From contig OX597816.1 of assembly GCA_951406725.2 (NCBI GenBank), positions 38,874,001 through 38,938,000 of the forward strand: a stretch of DNA of 64,000 nt. Reading direction: 5' to 3'. The notes under the pieces are model-generated. The model did no database searches and had not been told where the DNA came from. It saw only the letters and a list, made by a program, of their open reading frames with translations. This document shows, piece after piece, positions 26,580 to 39,515 of this stretch. The first letter of the stretch is position 1, and each line of letters starts with the position of its first letter. The position numbers and the translations under genes are program-made. The DNA comes from Octopus vulgaris (taxonomy: Eukaryota).

Positions 26580-27632
26580 TGTTAAGAATAATCTCGTTCG
26601 AGATTACAAACATCTTCGGCTAGTTCAACATTGTTGTAAACACTAATTCGATTGGCTGACACGTGGTCTCTACTACGTTTGCACCGCTGGTTATCACGTG
26701 ACGCGATTTGCCTCCGCTTATTTTCGCGCCATAGTTCCAAGCAGCCAATCACAGCTTTCCATTTCTGAAGTTCATTCGGAGCCACATAAACCTTATAAAA
26801 CAAGGGTTCTCAGACAAGTATTCGTCTTAGGTTTCTAGTCCTTCTCAGGGCGAACCTCTGACCACACAGCATACTCGACCAAGTTCCAGTTCGAAAGGCA
26901 GGCGACCACCATTAATACAAGATGTTACAGATACCTCTCATACTGTTAGTGTAAAAATATCACCACGAAAAGAACGGTTACAGGATATCTATAACTAGAG
27001 AAAAATAACCAAGCAGAATATATAATGAAGACGCAGCGAAAACCAAGCGACAGACACAACTCATCGCCAAACATCGAAGATTTAATTTGTACACGAGACA
27101 ACTACAGATTCAGCTATAGCGGTTAGGTGAAAATCTCACCACAGAAAAAAACGGCTACAGAGAAAGATAAACACGAGTGATTCAATTAATCTCAACTACG
27201 AGACGCAACATCTTGATATGGAACTCTTACACTGTACCTCATAAACGGTAAATCAATTATCTGTTCTTGAGTTCTAGTTTCTTCTAAGAACTACCTTAAG
27301 CCATCTGTTATTACCTGTTGCCAGGCCGATACCAACAACATGAACTGTGAACCAAATTCCATCGTCATTTCACTGGTCAGTACCTTTTACGCCCCACGAA
27401 CACACAGACACAAAAACATGCTAACACTTACAAACTTCCAACATCAAGCATGATTGTAAAATATGTCAAATAAATAATGTATATATCTCAAAAAGAAATC
27501 TTGTTGTCATTCCACTTATGTGTTTTGCCGCTGCATGTATTATCTGGTCAGTAAATACTCATTAAGAATGGGATCGCGTGCGACTGTGTCTCTTATACGA
27601 TACGACCGTATGTGATCCTATTTTTATAATCA
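26580..27632 (+). mobile_element. Possible solo LTR
   Basis: TG..CA ends, CCAAT (agccaatca), TATA-like cttataaaa, aataaa, CpG-richer than the flanks; no clean TSD. Confidence 0.4.
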
Positions 27633-27884
27633 GTAAGTCAGCAGTTATCTTCCTCCTCAGCTTATGTCATACAACTTATAGTTTATTTGGTAGAGATCCT
27701 TGTTTTTGTAAGATTTGATGAATGAATCTTCCAATTTCTTGATAGCTACCATCTTATATACAATGGCCATCTGGAATTTGTGGTGAAACTTCCTGTTTTT
27801 TACATCTTTATAAGAGTAAACTAGAGGTAGGCCTGTTAGAAATCTATAACTAACGGCACTATTGTTCACAGAATGCATTTTATA

Positions 27885-28760
27885 ATATTGGTTTCAAATT
27901 TAGGCACAAGGCCAGTAGTTTGCAGGGAGGGACTAAGTTGATTGAATCGACCCAAGTACTCAACTGGTACTTATTTTATCAACCCCAGAAATATGGAAGG
28001 CAAAAGTCAACCTTGGCGGAATTTGAACTCAAAAAGTAATGATGTATGAAATGTCACTAAGCATTTTGCATGCTAATGTTTCTTATTTCTTTACTGCCCA
28101 CAAGGGGCTAAATATAGAGGGGACAAACAAGGACAGACAAAGGGATTAAGTCGATTACATCGTCCCCAGTGCGTAACTGGTACTTATTTAACCGACCTCG
28201 AAAGGATGAAAGGCTAAGTCGACCCTGGTGGAATTTGAACTCAGAACGTAGCGGCAGACGAAATACCGTTAAGCATTTCACCCGGTGTGCTAATGTTTCT
28301 GCCAGCTCGCCGCCCTAATGCATGTCAGTATTGGTTTCAAGTTTTGGTACAAGGCCAGCAATTTTCAGGTGAAGAAGTAAGTCAAATTAATCCCAGTGCT
28401 CAACTAGAACTTATTTTATTGACCCCACCAGAAGGATGAAAGGTAAAGTTGACCTCAGGAGAATTTGAACTCAGAACATAAAGTCAGATAAAATGCCTCT
28501 AAGCACTTTGCCCATTCCATGAATGATTCTACCTTAATGCATATCATAATATTAAATATATATTTCTTTACTACCCACAAGGGGCTAAATACAGAGGGGA
28601 CAAACAAGGACAGACAAACAGATTAAGTCGATTATATCGACCACAGTGCGTAACAGGTACTTAATTTATCGATCCCGAAAGGATGAAAGGCAAAGTTGAA
28701 CTCGGAACGTAACGACAGACGAAATACGGCTACGCATTTCGCCCAGCATGCTAACATTTC
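27885..28760 (-). mobile_element. Four head-to-tail Nin-domain-type SINEs
   Basis: The SINE core recurs at about 27960, 28175, 28400 and 28650 in the same orientation. Confidence 0.85.
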
Positions 28761-29511
28761 TACATAAAAAAATAACTGACTGTAGTTGGTTTCTTCTTCA
28801 TTCTCAGCTTCAAATATTTTTTTCACATTTCTGAAAGTTAATAGGGAATAATGAAGAATTTTTTGCATTCCTTTGCTTTTTGCCATTCACTGTTACAGTG
28901 TTCTCTTTTCAAATTCAAAGTTAACCAGGTGAGACATTCTGTATCTAGCAAAACATTATGCAAGATTTGTTTGCATAACATACCTGATGTAATAGATTCA
29001 TTTGATGTCTTTTTATCTGGGCTTTGTATTCATTAATTTGGGTTGTTTATTCATTAAGTTGGTTGAGTGATGACTTCTGCTATTGTGGAAGGTTGTGTTA
29101 TAATTTCATTAACATTAATAATTTCCATGGAATCATTTGGCTGAAAGAAAGAAAAAAACTCAAAACTTGTTGCAGTTTGCTGTCCTTTACATGGATTTCA
29201 ATCTCTTTAAGTCTTTCCTTACTTTTTTCACGTCCTTATTTATGATGGTACAGTTGGTATACATATACATATATATCATCACCATCATCAGAACGTAACG
29301 GCAGACACATATCTATATCTTTACATACTGGTAAGGGGATGGTTTAAACACAGAGAGGACAAACAAGGCGAGACAAACGGATTGAGTCGATTCCAGTCCC
29401 CAGTCTGATTTGACTTTATTCTATCGAGCTGGGTGCCCTTCCTAATGCCAACCACATTACAGTGTGTACTGGGTGCTTTTAATGTGGAGCCAGCATAGGC
29501 ACTTTTAAGTG

Positions 29512-29601
<90 letters not shown>

Positions 29602-29628
29602 TATATATGTATATATATATATATACAC

Positions 29629-29665
<37 letters not shown>

Positions 29666-29821
29666 ACTTCCAAGTTCTTTTACAGGGCTTAGAAAAATTG
29701 AAGGATCACTGTTTGAAAAAAGTGTGTGAATCTGAGAGGGGAACATATTGAATAAAATCATAATTAACTGATCCTCCTAGATTTTCTTTTACCTAAATCC
29801 AAAAACTTTTCAGCACCCTCT

Positions 29822-31157
29822 CATATTTCATTTCATTTCATTTGGGTTTGAGTCCATGCTCAGGCCAAGTCGAAGACTCCACCCTCAGAGTCTGGTGTGG
29901 TTGCCAGGTTGTATTCTCTGCTTAATTTTGACATGTGTAGGAGCGAGTTTGAGTCAGTTTGTGCTCGTTGTGTATATCCTGGGAGATGGGGTTCATCTCT
30001 AATGGTGCTTAAGTATCTATCCAGTTGCAATTTGAATGATTCCACACTGCATCCTGATAGATTTCTGACATGTACCGGAATGGAGTTGAACAGTTGTGCT
30101 CCTCGAACCAACAGACTTGATTCTCGCAGGGTTTTTGCTGCCTGGCCAGCCTTTTTGTTGATTGGTGGCAGCTGGCAGCGTCTTCCGTGGCGCAGTGAGT
30201 GGTAGGTTTTGATACCAAAGTTTGGCACTTCTGCTCTATCATTTTCCAAATGTATATAATTCGGTATCGCTCAAATCTTCTTTCTATTGAGTACATCCTC
30301 AAGGTTTTGAGTCTTTGCCAATAGTCCAGGTCCCTCGTTTCTGAGAAGTATGAGGTAAAATTTCTTTGGAGCGATTCTATCTTAGATAGTTGGCCCTTTG
30401 TTGTTGGTGACCACAACTGAGAACAGTAGTCAATCCTCGGAAGTATCATACTGTTCCAGAGGGTTTTCATTGTTGAGGAATCTCTTGATTTGAAGGTGCG
30501 CAAGATCCACCCGCTGTACTTTCTTGCAGTAAGACAGACTGAGTCAAGGTGTTCTCTGAATTTTAGGTTGGTTCCCATGTGGATGCCTAAATCTTTCACA
30601 TACTGTTTTTCCATTATTTGTTGTCCTGATGGGTTTCTGTAGTTTGTTGTATTTTTCAGATCTTGATCTGTTCCGTAGCGAATTAGTTCAAACTTCTTAT
30701 CATTGAACAACATGTTGTTTGTTTCCTGCCATTTATATATGGTGGTCAGGTCCTTTTGTAAGGCCTCTGTATCCACCTCATCTTTGATTTGTCTCATGAC
30801 CCTGGTGTCATCAGCAAAGGATGAGACGTTGCTGGTTGTATCTTCATCTATGTCAGAGATGAGGATGAGAAACAGGATTGGGCCGAGTACTGTACCCTGA
30901 GGAACACTGCTGGTCACAGGTGATGGTGTTGCATGGGTTCCATTCACAGTGACTGTTTGAGTTCTATTTGTAAGGAACTCATGTATCCATGTACCAACTT
31001 TTCCTCCTACTCCTAGCTTTCGAAGTTTGTGACCCAGGATGCCATGATCTACCTTGTCAAATGCCTTGGCAAAGTCGAGGTAGATAACATCTGTGTTGTA
31101 TCCATTCTGTAGATTTTCTAGGATTTGGTCATGGTGTGCCAGTAGTTGGGAAAGGCA
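29822..31157 (-). pseudogene. 5'-truncated CR1/L2-group LINE: RT and C-terminus, one frameshift
   Basis: YLDFAKAFDKVDH, VPQGTVLGP, FADD, KDLGI; frameshift near 30235 joins the 30009-31190 and 29860-30249 ORFs; (gaaat)n 3' tail at 29826-29843. Confidence 0.92.
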
Positions 31158-31855
31158 TATATATATATAAGGTAGTAAAGTAAGACACAAGCTGATATGT
31201 ATAACAAAGATAAGACAAGGTAGAAAGCGCTAAAATAATTTTATCATGAAGTACATTTAGTACCAGTGGTTAAAAACAATGCTAACAAGAAATTGAAAAG
31301 TAGCATACATAATACCAAAAACAAGACAGAAAACATAACGAAACCAAGTAAAGTACCACAACCAAAACGCAAAATTCATCAAGCAAACATCAACAGGAAT
31401 ATAAATCATAACCAGAAAAAAATCCATTTTTTTACGTCAGGACAACAAACACCGGAGAAAGAAAAATCCAAGAGGAAACATACCCCAAACAACTGAACGT
31501 ATACATCCTAAAATAATTAATTTATCAAAAAGAGATCTTGACAATGATGAAATCCAACTTCTGTCAAAAGGACTGAAATTCACACCTACACCAACAGCCA
31601 ACCACCAAGAATTAAAGGAGGATATCCAAAAATTCTGTCGAGAATTATTTTAGCATTTTCAACCTTGTTTTATCTTCCTTATAATGAGATTGATGAATCC
31701 CTAGTAATGAGATTGATGAATCCCTAGTAAGGAATAAATCAAATTTCACCCCACCAAAAGGAAGAAATAACTACCTTGACCAATACATTGATATCCTGTC
31801 TAAATTTCCCCTTAGACGCAATACCAATGTTAGGCCAAACATTAGCAAATCAGAG

Positions 31856-33766
31856 ATGTCTGCATGTAAACGTATACAAAACGATCAAACAATAATAATT
31901 AAACAAGCAGATAAAGGTGGTGCAATTGTTATTATGGATACCGAATACTATAAGGATTTGGTTGAAGACCAACTGAAGGATACAACCTTCTATTGTGAAA
32001 TACCCGCAAATATAGACCACCACATCATGAAAAAGATCAACAACCTGATTTCAACACACCACAACTCACTTACGGATAATGAAAAAGACTACATCACCAA
32101 TTTTGAACCAAAACCCAGCAACTTCTACGGCTTACCAAAAATACACAAATCAAAAAACATTCAACAGGCAGTAAAAGAACAAGAAAGTGAGTACATAAAA
32201 TTATTACATCCAAAAGACCTAAAACTTAGACCTATTATAGCTGGTCCAGCATGCCCTACACACCGTCTAAGCAATTTTATTGACATTGTTTTGAAACCAC
32301 TATGTACTTACATACCAAGTTTCATCAGGGATGACATCGACTTCCTGTCCCATCTTCCCAAAACAACAGAAACAAATTCAGTTTTACTAAGTTTTGATGT
32401 GGTAAGCCTCTACACCAATATTCCACACGATTTAGGAATAAAGGCGATTAAATACTGGTTAGAAAAACATAGAGAAGTGATTCCCAGCAGATTCACAGTG
32501 CCATTTATATTAGACACAGTCAAACTTATTCTAGAAAATAACACATTCTTCTTCAATGGAAAGAATTACATCCAAATTAGAGGCACGGCGATGGGAACGA
32601 GGTTTGCTCCCGTTTACGCCAACTCTGTAATGGGATACTTAGAAGAACAACTCTACCAAGAGGTGGAGGTAAACTATGGCACTGGATTTAGAAAGTATAT
32701 TGAAAAGGCATGGAAGAGATACCTAGACGACTGTTTCATAATCTGGACAGAATCTCTAAATACTCTGGAAGAGTTCAATATCCTCCTGAACAACCTACAC
32801 CCATCTCTCAAATTTACAAAGGAGATGAGTAGTACCAAATTACCATTCCTGGATATAATGGTAATTAAAAAAGACACCACCATCACCACAGATATATACT
32901 ATAAACACACAGACACACATCAATACCTAAATTTTAAGTCGTGCCATCCACCACATACAAAACGTAACATCCCATACTGCCTAGCCAGAAGAATTTGTAC
33001 TATTGTAGAAGATGCAAATATCAGGAACAAACGCCTAATAGAACTAAGAGAATTTTTGCTCAAACAAAAATACCCATCTCTACTTATAGAAAATGGCATA
33101 CAGCGGGCTATAAAAATACCTATACAACAACTTAGGACAACCCAAGGAAGAGGAAAACAAGAACAAGTCATACCATTCATAGTGACACACAACCCATGTC
33201 ACCAGAATATCTTCAACATTGCCAAAGCAAACCTACCAATCATTGCCCAAAGTAATGAATTAAAAGACATAATCAAGGATCGAGCTATGGTGCTTAGTAA
33301 AAGACAGCCTAAAAACTTGAAAACATTACTAACAAAGGCAAAATTTGACCTCAGCAACAAAGACCAAACATTCACGGTATCTAAATGCAATGATAGCCGA
33401 TGTGGCACATGCCAATTCATACATACCGGTCAATATATAAACACAAAAACCGGGAAAATATTCACAAACGCGAATATGAACTGCAAAAGCAGAAATTTAA
33501 TTTACTGCATCAAATGCCCAAATTGTGAAGAAATATATGTAGGTCAGACGGGAAACGCACTATTAGAACGCTCACGTGTACACCGGCAACAGATTAGAGA
33601 CCCAGAGGTCCGTCAGATACCTTTGAGTAACCACCTAGCAACATGTGGTCGGAAAATATATATAATATTTCCATTCTACAAATTACACAGCCCAAGTGAA
33701 ATCGAGAGGAAAATCAGAGAAAAGAATTTTATTGATAAATTCGAACCCAAGCTAAATAAGCAATAA
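31856..33766 (+). CDS. PLE reverse transcriptase + GIY-YIG endonuclease (frame open from about 31706; N-terminus disrupted)
   Basis: ADKG, YGLPKIHK, RPI, FDVVSLYTNI, GTAMG, RYLDD, PFLD, YYKHT, linker CNDSRCGTC, NLIYCIKCPNC..YVGQTG..R..H..E..LN. Confidence 0.93.
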   Translation: MSACKRIQNDQTIIIKQADKGGAIVIMDTEYYKDLVEDQLKDTTFYCEIPANIDHHIMKKINNLISTHHNSLTDNEKDYITNFEPKPSNFYGLPKIHKSKNIQQAVKEQESEYIKLLHPKDLKLRPIIAGPACPTHRLSNFIDIVLKPLCTYIPSFIRDDIDFLSHLPKTTETNSVLLSFDVVSLYTNIPHDLGIKAIKYWLEKHREVIPSRFTVPFILDTVKLILENNTFFFNGKNYIQIRGTAMGTRFAPVYANSVMGYLEEQLYQEVEVNYGTGFRKYIEKAWKRYLDDCFIIWTESLNTLEEFNILLNNLHPSLKFTKEMSSTKLPFLDIMVIKKDTTITTDIYYKHTDTHQYLNFKSCHPPHTKRNIPYCLARRICTIVEDANIRNKRLIELREFLLKQKYPSLLIENGIQRAIKIPIQQLRTTQGRGKQEQVIPFIVTHNPCHQNIFNIAKANLPIIAQSNELKDIIKDRAMVLSKRQPKNLKTLLTKAKFDLSNKDQTFTVSKCNDSRCGTCQFIHTGQYINTKTGKIFTNANMNCKSRNLIYCIKCPNCEEIYVGQTGNALLERSRVHRQQIRDPEVRQIPLSNHLATCGRKIYIIFPFYKLHSPSEIERKIREKNFIDKFEPKLNKQ

Positions 33767-34079
33767 TAATAATACTTAGAGGTATTACTTCCACTGCTAC
33801 GACCATGACCACTAACAACAACAACAATACTAAAGGTGATCAAGACGAAGATAGCAGGAAAATTATCTTATTTAGGGTTAAAAGTTCTATTGCCACCACC
33901 ATCACCACTAGCAACAATAATTAAGGTGCTGACAATGATGATGATGACAATTGAAATATAAAAATATAAAAATCTCTGACAAAGGATATTTACAACATTT
34001 CTAAAAATAACCCAACAATTGCTGCTTCGGCCAGGGTCAAGATACAGGACTCTTGACCTGTCCAACAAAGCGTGATGCC

Positions 34080-34215
34080 TAAACCAATCAGCTCAACCAA
34101 CCAATCAGCTTAAGTAATTGAGTGATACTACACACTGATTGGTCAGAATACAGTTTGCAAAACCTAGCACTCTGGAGCCTACCCAGCTGTATTTATAGCA
34201 CAGAATCACTCATCT
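34080..34215 (+). promoter_or_regulatory. Putative pLTR Pol II promoter
   Basis: Two accaatcagc boxes, one reverse ctgattgg, and TATA-like tatttata at about 34190, upstream of the hammerhead. Confidence 0.45.
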
Positions 34216-34260
34216 TGCTACAGTCAAAAATTGTGAAGCATGACTGTCAACACTACTACA

Positions 34261-34305
34261 TGAACCCGAAGATTGCAGAATTCAATGCATGAAAGTACTA
34301 GTTCA
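34261..34305 (+). ncRNA. Minimal type I hammerhead ribozyme motif (U4-to-C variant)
   Basis: tgaac-ccgaaga-t-tgca[gaattcaa]tgca-t-gaa-agtact-a-gttca: stem I, core, stem II, palindromic stem III, UA cleavage site. Confidence 0.75.
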
Positions 34306-34439
34306 ATCAGAATGAATATTTAACATTCTACTATTTCATTTTATTTTATTCAATTATAATATATTATCTTATAATATATCATTATAAGATTGTAAATAAA
34401 ACGTGAAAATCAGACAAGGTTGGAATTCTTTTTATTTTA

Positions 34440-35110
<671 letters not shown>

Positions 35111-35175
35111 TATACTTTGATATAATATATATTGTGTGTGTGTGTGTGAAGTGTGTTTTGTTTTGTGTTTGTGTG

Positions 35176-38172
35176 CCTCCCAACACCCTTAGGGTTGGCA
35201 CCCTCAACGTTGGCACTCTGAAAGGTAGGTCTGGTGAGATAGTCGAGATGCTTGAACGGAGATGTGTGGATATATGTTGCATGCAAGAAATAAGGTGGAG
35301 AGGAGGATCAGCTATGTTCCTCACAGGCAAGGAACGCAGGTACAAGATTTTCTGGGCAGGGAACACTGACGGGGTTGGTGGCGTGGGTATACTTATCGCT
35401 GAGAAATGGGTAGATAAAGTAATTGAGGTAATCAGAGTATGTGACAGAATACTTAAGATTAGATTAGTGCTTCATCATAGTTTAGCAACCATTATATCAG
35501 CCTATGCTCCTCAGTCGGGGCTACCCGATGGACAGAAAGACCGATTCTATGACACTCTACTGCAGACTACCTCGTTGACGAACGACAGAGACCTTATCTT
35601 TGTGGCTGGTGACTTCAATGGTCACATTGGACGACATGCTGGGGGCTTCCATGGCGTACATGGAGGCTATGGCTATGGCTCCCGCAACGAGGAGGGAACC
35701 AGGCTGCTGGAGTTCTGCGATGCAAATAATCTTATGATTTGCAACACTAACTTCAGGAAACCTACCAGCCACCTAGTCACTTACCAATCGGGCCAACATA
35801 CCAGCCAAATTGACTACATCCTTACAAGGCAAAGGGAGAGATGGCTGCTTATAAATGCCAAAACCTTCCCAGGTGAAGAATGTACCCCACAACATAGACT
35901 GGTAGTTAGTGACTTTAGGATCAGGACTAGGAGGACAACCAGAAGACGACAAATATGGAGAAGAAGGATCTGGAAGCTTAAAGATCCTGCAAATGGACAG
36001 AGATTTAGGGACATATTACTTGAAGCCTCTGACAAAGTAGAAGGGGATAGAGCATCACAGGGGGTAGAAGACAGCTGGACGTTTCTAAGGGACAACCTGC
36101 TGAGAGCCACTGACCAGATCTGTGGCTGGTGCAAAGTCCCCTCTCGACCTAGAATAACGTGGTGGTGGAACAATATTGTAGACAGGGCTATTAGAGAAAA
36201 GAGACAGGCTTGGAAGGTCTGGAAAAATGGGGGTAGCAGGGAATTGTATCAGACTGCCAAAAGAGAAGCTAGGAGACAGGTTTATTTAGCCAGAGGGGAA
36301 GCAGATAAGAAAAAATTTGCCAATGTTCTGCGCCGTGAGGACCAAAGACTGGAGGTGTTTCGTGTTGCAAGACAGTGTGTGAGAGAGAATCGTGATGTGG
36401 TAGGAGAGAAGTGTGTTCACATGGAAGATGGTTCACTTGCGCTAAATGAGGATGCAAAGAGAGAGGTTTGGAGATGCCACTATGAAAGGTTGCTGAATGA
36501 AGAAAATGAATGGGATAAAGAGAGTCTGCCGAATGTTGACCCAACAGAGGGACCAGCTATCCGAGTTGATAGTTCCGTGGTAGCTAAGGCAATTAGAAGC
36601 ATGAAGACAGGGAAAGCCCCAGGCCCATCAGGAATCACTGCAGAGATGCTCAAAATGTCTGGTAGTGTCGGCTATAGCCTAGTCACCCGTATAGTTAATC
36701 AGGTGATACACAAAGGGGTCATACCCAATGACTGGTGTAGCAGTATAATAGTCAACTGCTACAAAGGTAAAGGTGATGCCCTAGATACAAATAACTACAG
36801 AGGTATCAAGCTGTTGGACCAGGTGATGAAGGTTACGGAGAGGGTCATAGCCCAACTAATTAGAGAGAGAGTTAGTTTAGATGAGATGCAGTTTGGGTTT
36901 GTGCCAGGGAAAAGTACTACTGATGCTATATTCCTGGTAAGGCAGCTGCAGGAGAAATACCTAGCCAAAGATAAGCCCCTGTACCTGGCTTTTGTTGACA
37001 TGGAGAAAGCCTTCGACAGGGTCCCCCGATCCCTTATCTGGTGGGCAATGAGGAAACTAGGGATAGATGAATGGTTAGTGAGAGCTGTGCGGGCCATGTA
37101 TAGGGACGCCGCTAGTAGGGTGAGGGTTGGAAATGAGTACAGTGAAGAATTCCGGGTAGAGGTAGGAGTCCACCAAGGCTCAGTACTCAGCCCCCTCCTA
37201 TTTATCATAGTCCTCCAGGCAATAACGGAGGAATTCAAGACAGGATGCCCTTGGGAACTCCTCTATGCTGATGACCTTGCTCTAATTGCTGAGTCGCTAT
37301 CAGAACTGGAGGAGAAGTTTCAGGTGTGGAAACAAGGATTAGAATCGAAGGGCCTCAGAGTCAATCTAGCTAAAACCAAAGTCGTAATCAGTAGGAAGGT
37401 AGACAAATCACAAACACCTTCAGGTAGATGGCCCTGCTCGATCTGTAGAAAAGGTGTAGGTAGAAACTCTATAAGATGCACCAAGTGTAAGCTATGGACA
37501 CATAAGAGATGCAGCAATGTCAAAGGAAGGCTAACTAGGAAGATGGTTTTTGTATGTGGCAGATGCTCAGGAACAATAAACACTGAAAATGCTCTGAGAC
37601 CAACTTCCGTCACTTTCCAGGGAGAAAAACTAGAAATAGTTGATAGTTTCCGTTACCTAGGTGACCAAGTCAGCAGCGGGGGCGGGTGTGCTGAAAGTGT
37701 AACTGCTAGAGTAAGAATAGCTTGGGCAAAGTTCAGAGAGCTCTTACCTCTGCTGGTGACAAAAGGCCTCTCGCACAGAGTGAAAGGCAGACTGTATGAT
37801 GCGTGTGTACGAACAGCCATGCTACATGGCAGTGAAACATGGGCCGTGACTGCTGAGGATATGCGTAAGCTCGCTAGAAATGAAGCCAGTATGCTCCGAT
37901 GGATGTGTAATGCCGGTACTCACACTCGGCAGAGTGTAAGTACCTTGAGAGAAAAGCTGGACCTAAGAAGCATCAGTTGTGGTGTGCAAGAGAGACGTTT
38001 GCGCTGGTATGGTCATGTGGCGAGAATGGATGAAGATAGTTGTGTGAAAAAGTGCCACACCCTAGCGGTTGAGGGAACCTGTGGAAGAGGCAGACCCAGG
38101 AAAACCTGGGACGAGGTGGTGAAGCACGACCTTCGAACTTTAGGTCTCACTGAGGAAATGACTAGAGACTGA
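35176..38172 (+). CDS. RTE ORF: APE endonuclease, RT, PHD-type zinc finger
   Basis: [42 protein letters not shown] (37264-37275), C4-H-C3 finger (37435-37566), [16 protein letters not shown]; TGA at 38170 probably a mutated CGA. Confidence 0.9.
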   Translation, partial: PPNTLRVGTLNVGTLKGRSGEIVEMLERRCVDICCMQEIRWRGGSAMFLTGKERRYKIFWAGNTDGVGGVGILIAEKWVDKVIEVIRVCDRILKIRLVLHHSLATIISAYAPQSGLPDGQKDRFYDTLLQTTSLTNDRDLIFVAGDFNGHIGRHAGGFHGVHGGYGYGSRNEEGTRLLEFCDANNLMICNTNFRKPTSHLVTYQSGQHTSQIDYILTRQRERWLLINAKTFPGEECTPQHRLVVSDFRIRTRRTTRRRQIWRRRIWKLKDPANGQRFRDILLEASDKVEGDRASQGVEDSWTFLRDNLLRATDQICGWCKVPSRPRITWWWNNIVDRAIREKRQAWKVWKNGGSRELYQTAKREARRQVYLARGEADKKKFANVLRREDQRLEVFRVARQCVRENRDVVGEKCVHMEDGSLALNEDAKREVWRCHYERLLNEENEWDKESLPNVDPTEGPAIRVDSSVVAKAIRSMKTGKAPGPSGITAEMLKMSGSVGYSLVTRIVNQVIHKGVIPNDWCSSIIVNCYKGKGDALDTNNYRGIKLLDQVMKVTERVIAQLIRERVSLDEMQFGFVPGKSTTDAIFLVRQLQEKYLAKDKPLYLAFVDMEKAFDRVPRSLIWWAMRKLGIDEWLVRAVRAMYRDAASRVRVGNEYSEEFRVEVGVHQGSVLSPLLFIIVLQAITEEFKTGCPWELLYADDLALIAESLSELEEKFQVWKQGLESKGLRVNLAKTKVVISRKVDKSQTPSGRWPCSICRKGVGRNSIRCTKCKLWTHKRCSNVKGRLTRKMVFVCGRCSGTINTENALRPTSVTFQGEKLEIVDSFRYLGDQVSSGGGCAESVTARVRIAWAKFRELLPLLVTKGLSHRVKGRLYDACVRTAMLHGSETWAVTAEDMRKLARNEASMLRWMCNAGTHTRQSVSTLREKLDLRSISCGVQERRLRWYGHVARMDEDSCVKKCHTLAVEGTCGRGRPRKTWDEVVKHDLRTLGLTEEMTRD

Positions 38173-38833
38173 GACCTCTGGAAGTGTGCTGTGCGCGAGA
38201 AGACCCAGCAGGACAAGTGAGTCCATAACCCGTGGCCTTCTACATGGGATGGAGCCAGCCTACGTATGCATACCTTCCCTTCTTGGGACACAAAACTCTA
38301 CTTGTGAAGACGTGTTGAGGCAAGTGAGGATCAGAATCGAAATCGATCAATGGAAATTCCGGATGTGCTACCAGTGCCGGTGGCATGTCGAAACTCTGCT
38401 TGTGAAGACCCGTTGAGGCAAGTGAGGATCAGAATCGAAATCGATCAATGGAAATCGATCAATGGAAATTGCAGATGTGTTACCAGTGCCGGTGGCATGT
38501 AAGAGAACTTTCCGTTTCGCGACCGTTGCCAGCACCGCCCCGTTTCGTGTCCGTTGCCAGCCTCGCCTGGCTCTCGTGCCGGTGGCACATAAAAAGCACC
38601 ATCCGTTCGTGGCCGTTTGCCAGCTCTGTCTGGCACCAGTGCGGGTGGCACGTAAAAAGCACCCACTACACTCACGGAGTGGTTGGCGTTAGGAAGGGCA
38701 TCCAGCCGTAGAAACACTGCCAGATTTGACTGGGCCTGATGAAGCCTTCTAGCTTCACAGACCCCAGTAGAACCGTCCAACCCATGCTAGCATGGAAAAC
38801 GGAGGCTAAACGATGATGATGATGATGATGATG

Positions 38834-38835
<2 letters not shown>
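35176..38835 (+). mobile_element. RTE-clade LINE, near full length, truncated at the ORF start
   Basis: Single APE-RT ORF, 3' UTR with repeats, (gat)n tail. Confidence 0.93.
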
Positions 38836-38864
<29 letters not shown>

Positions 38865-38881
38865 TATACACATATATATAC

Positions 38882-38949
<68 letters not shown>

Positions 38950-38952
<3 letters not shown>

Positions 38953-38970
38953 AATTAAGGACTGAACACG

Positions 38971-39021
<51 letters not shown>

Positions 39022-39328
39022 CCAATTAAGGACTGAACACGAAAAGTGGACAGTCAACATGCTAGATATAGACGTCAAATCGCCATTCACCACAAAAGAT
39101 TATGTTCTCAGATCAAACTCAACAAACTGTTTTTGTTTTGTGTTGAGTTTGATCTGAGAACATAATCTTTTGTGGTGAATGGCGATTTGACGTCTATATC
39201 TAGCATGTTGACTGTCCACTTTTCGTGTTCAGTCCTTAATTGGTATATATAAATATTTTAATCTTCGGATTCTTTTTTAATATGCTAGACCACTGGTCTT
39301 AATTGATAAATATCAATTTCTACCCTTA

Positions 39329-39340
<12 letters not shown>
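38950..39340. repeat. TA-embedded foldback with perfect 109-bp arms
   Basis: Arms 39016-39124 and 39141-39249, 16-nt loop; 21-bp echo at 38950-38970. Confidence 0.92.
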
Positions 39341-39380
<40 letters not shown>

Positions 39381-39405
39381 AAAATATATATATATGTATA
39401 TATAT

Positions 39406-39515
<110 letters not shown>

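Noticed and set aside
33767-34080. SECIS / selenoprotein PLE
   Set aside because: No in-frame TGA in the RT-EN ORF and no convincing SECIS hairpin seen.
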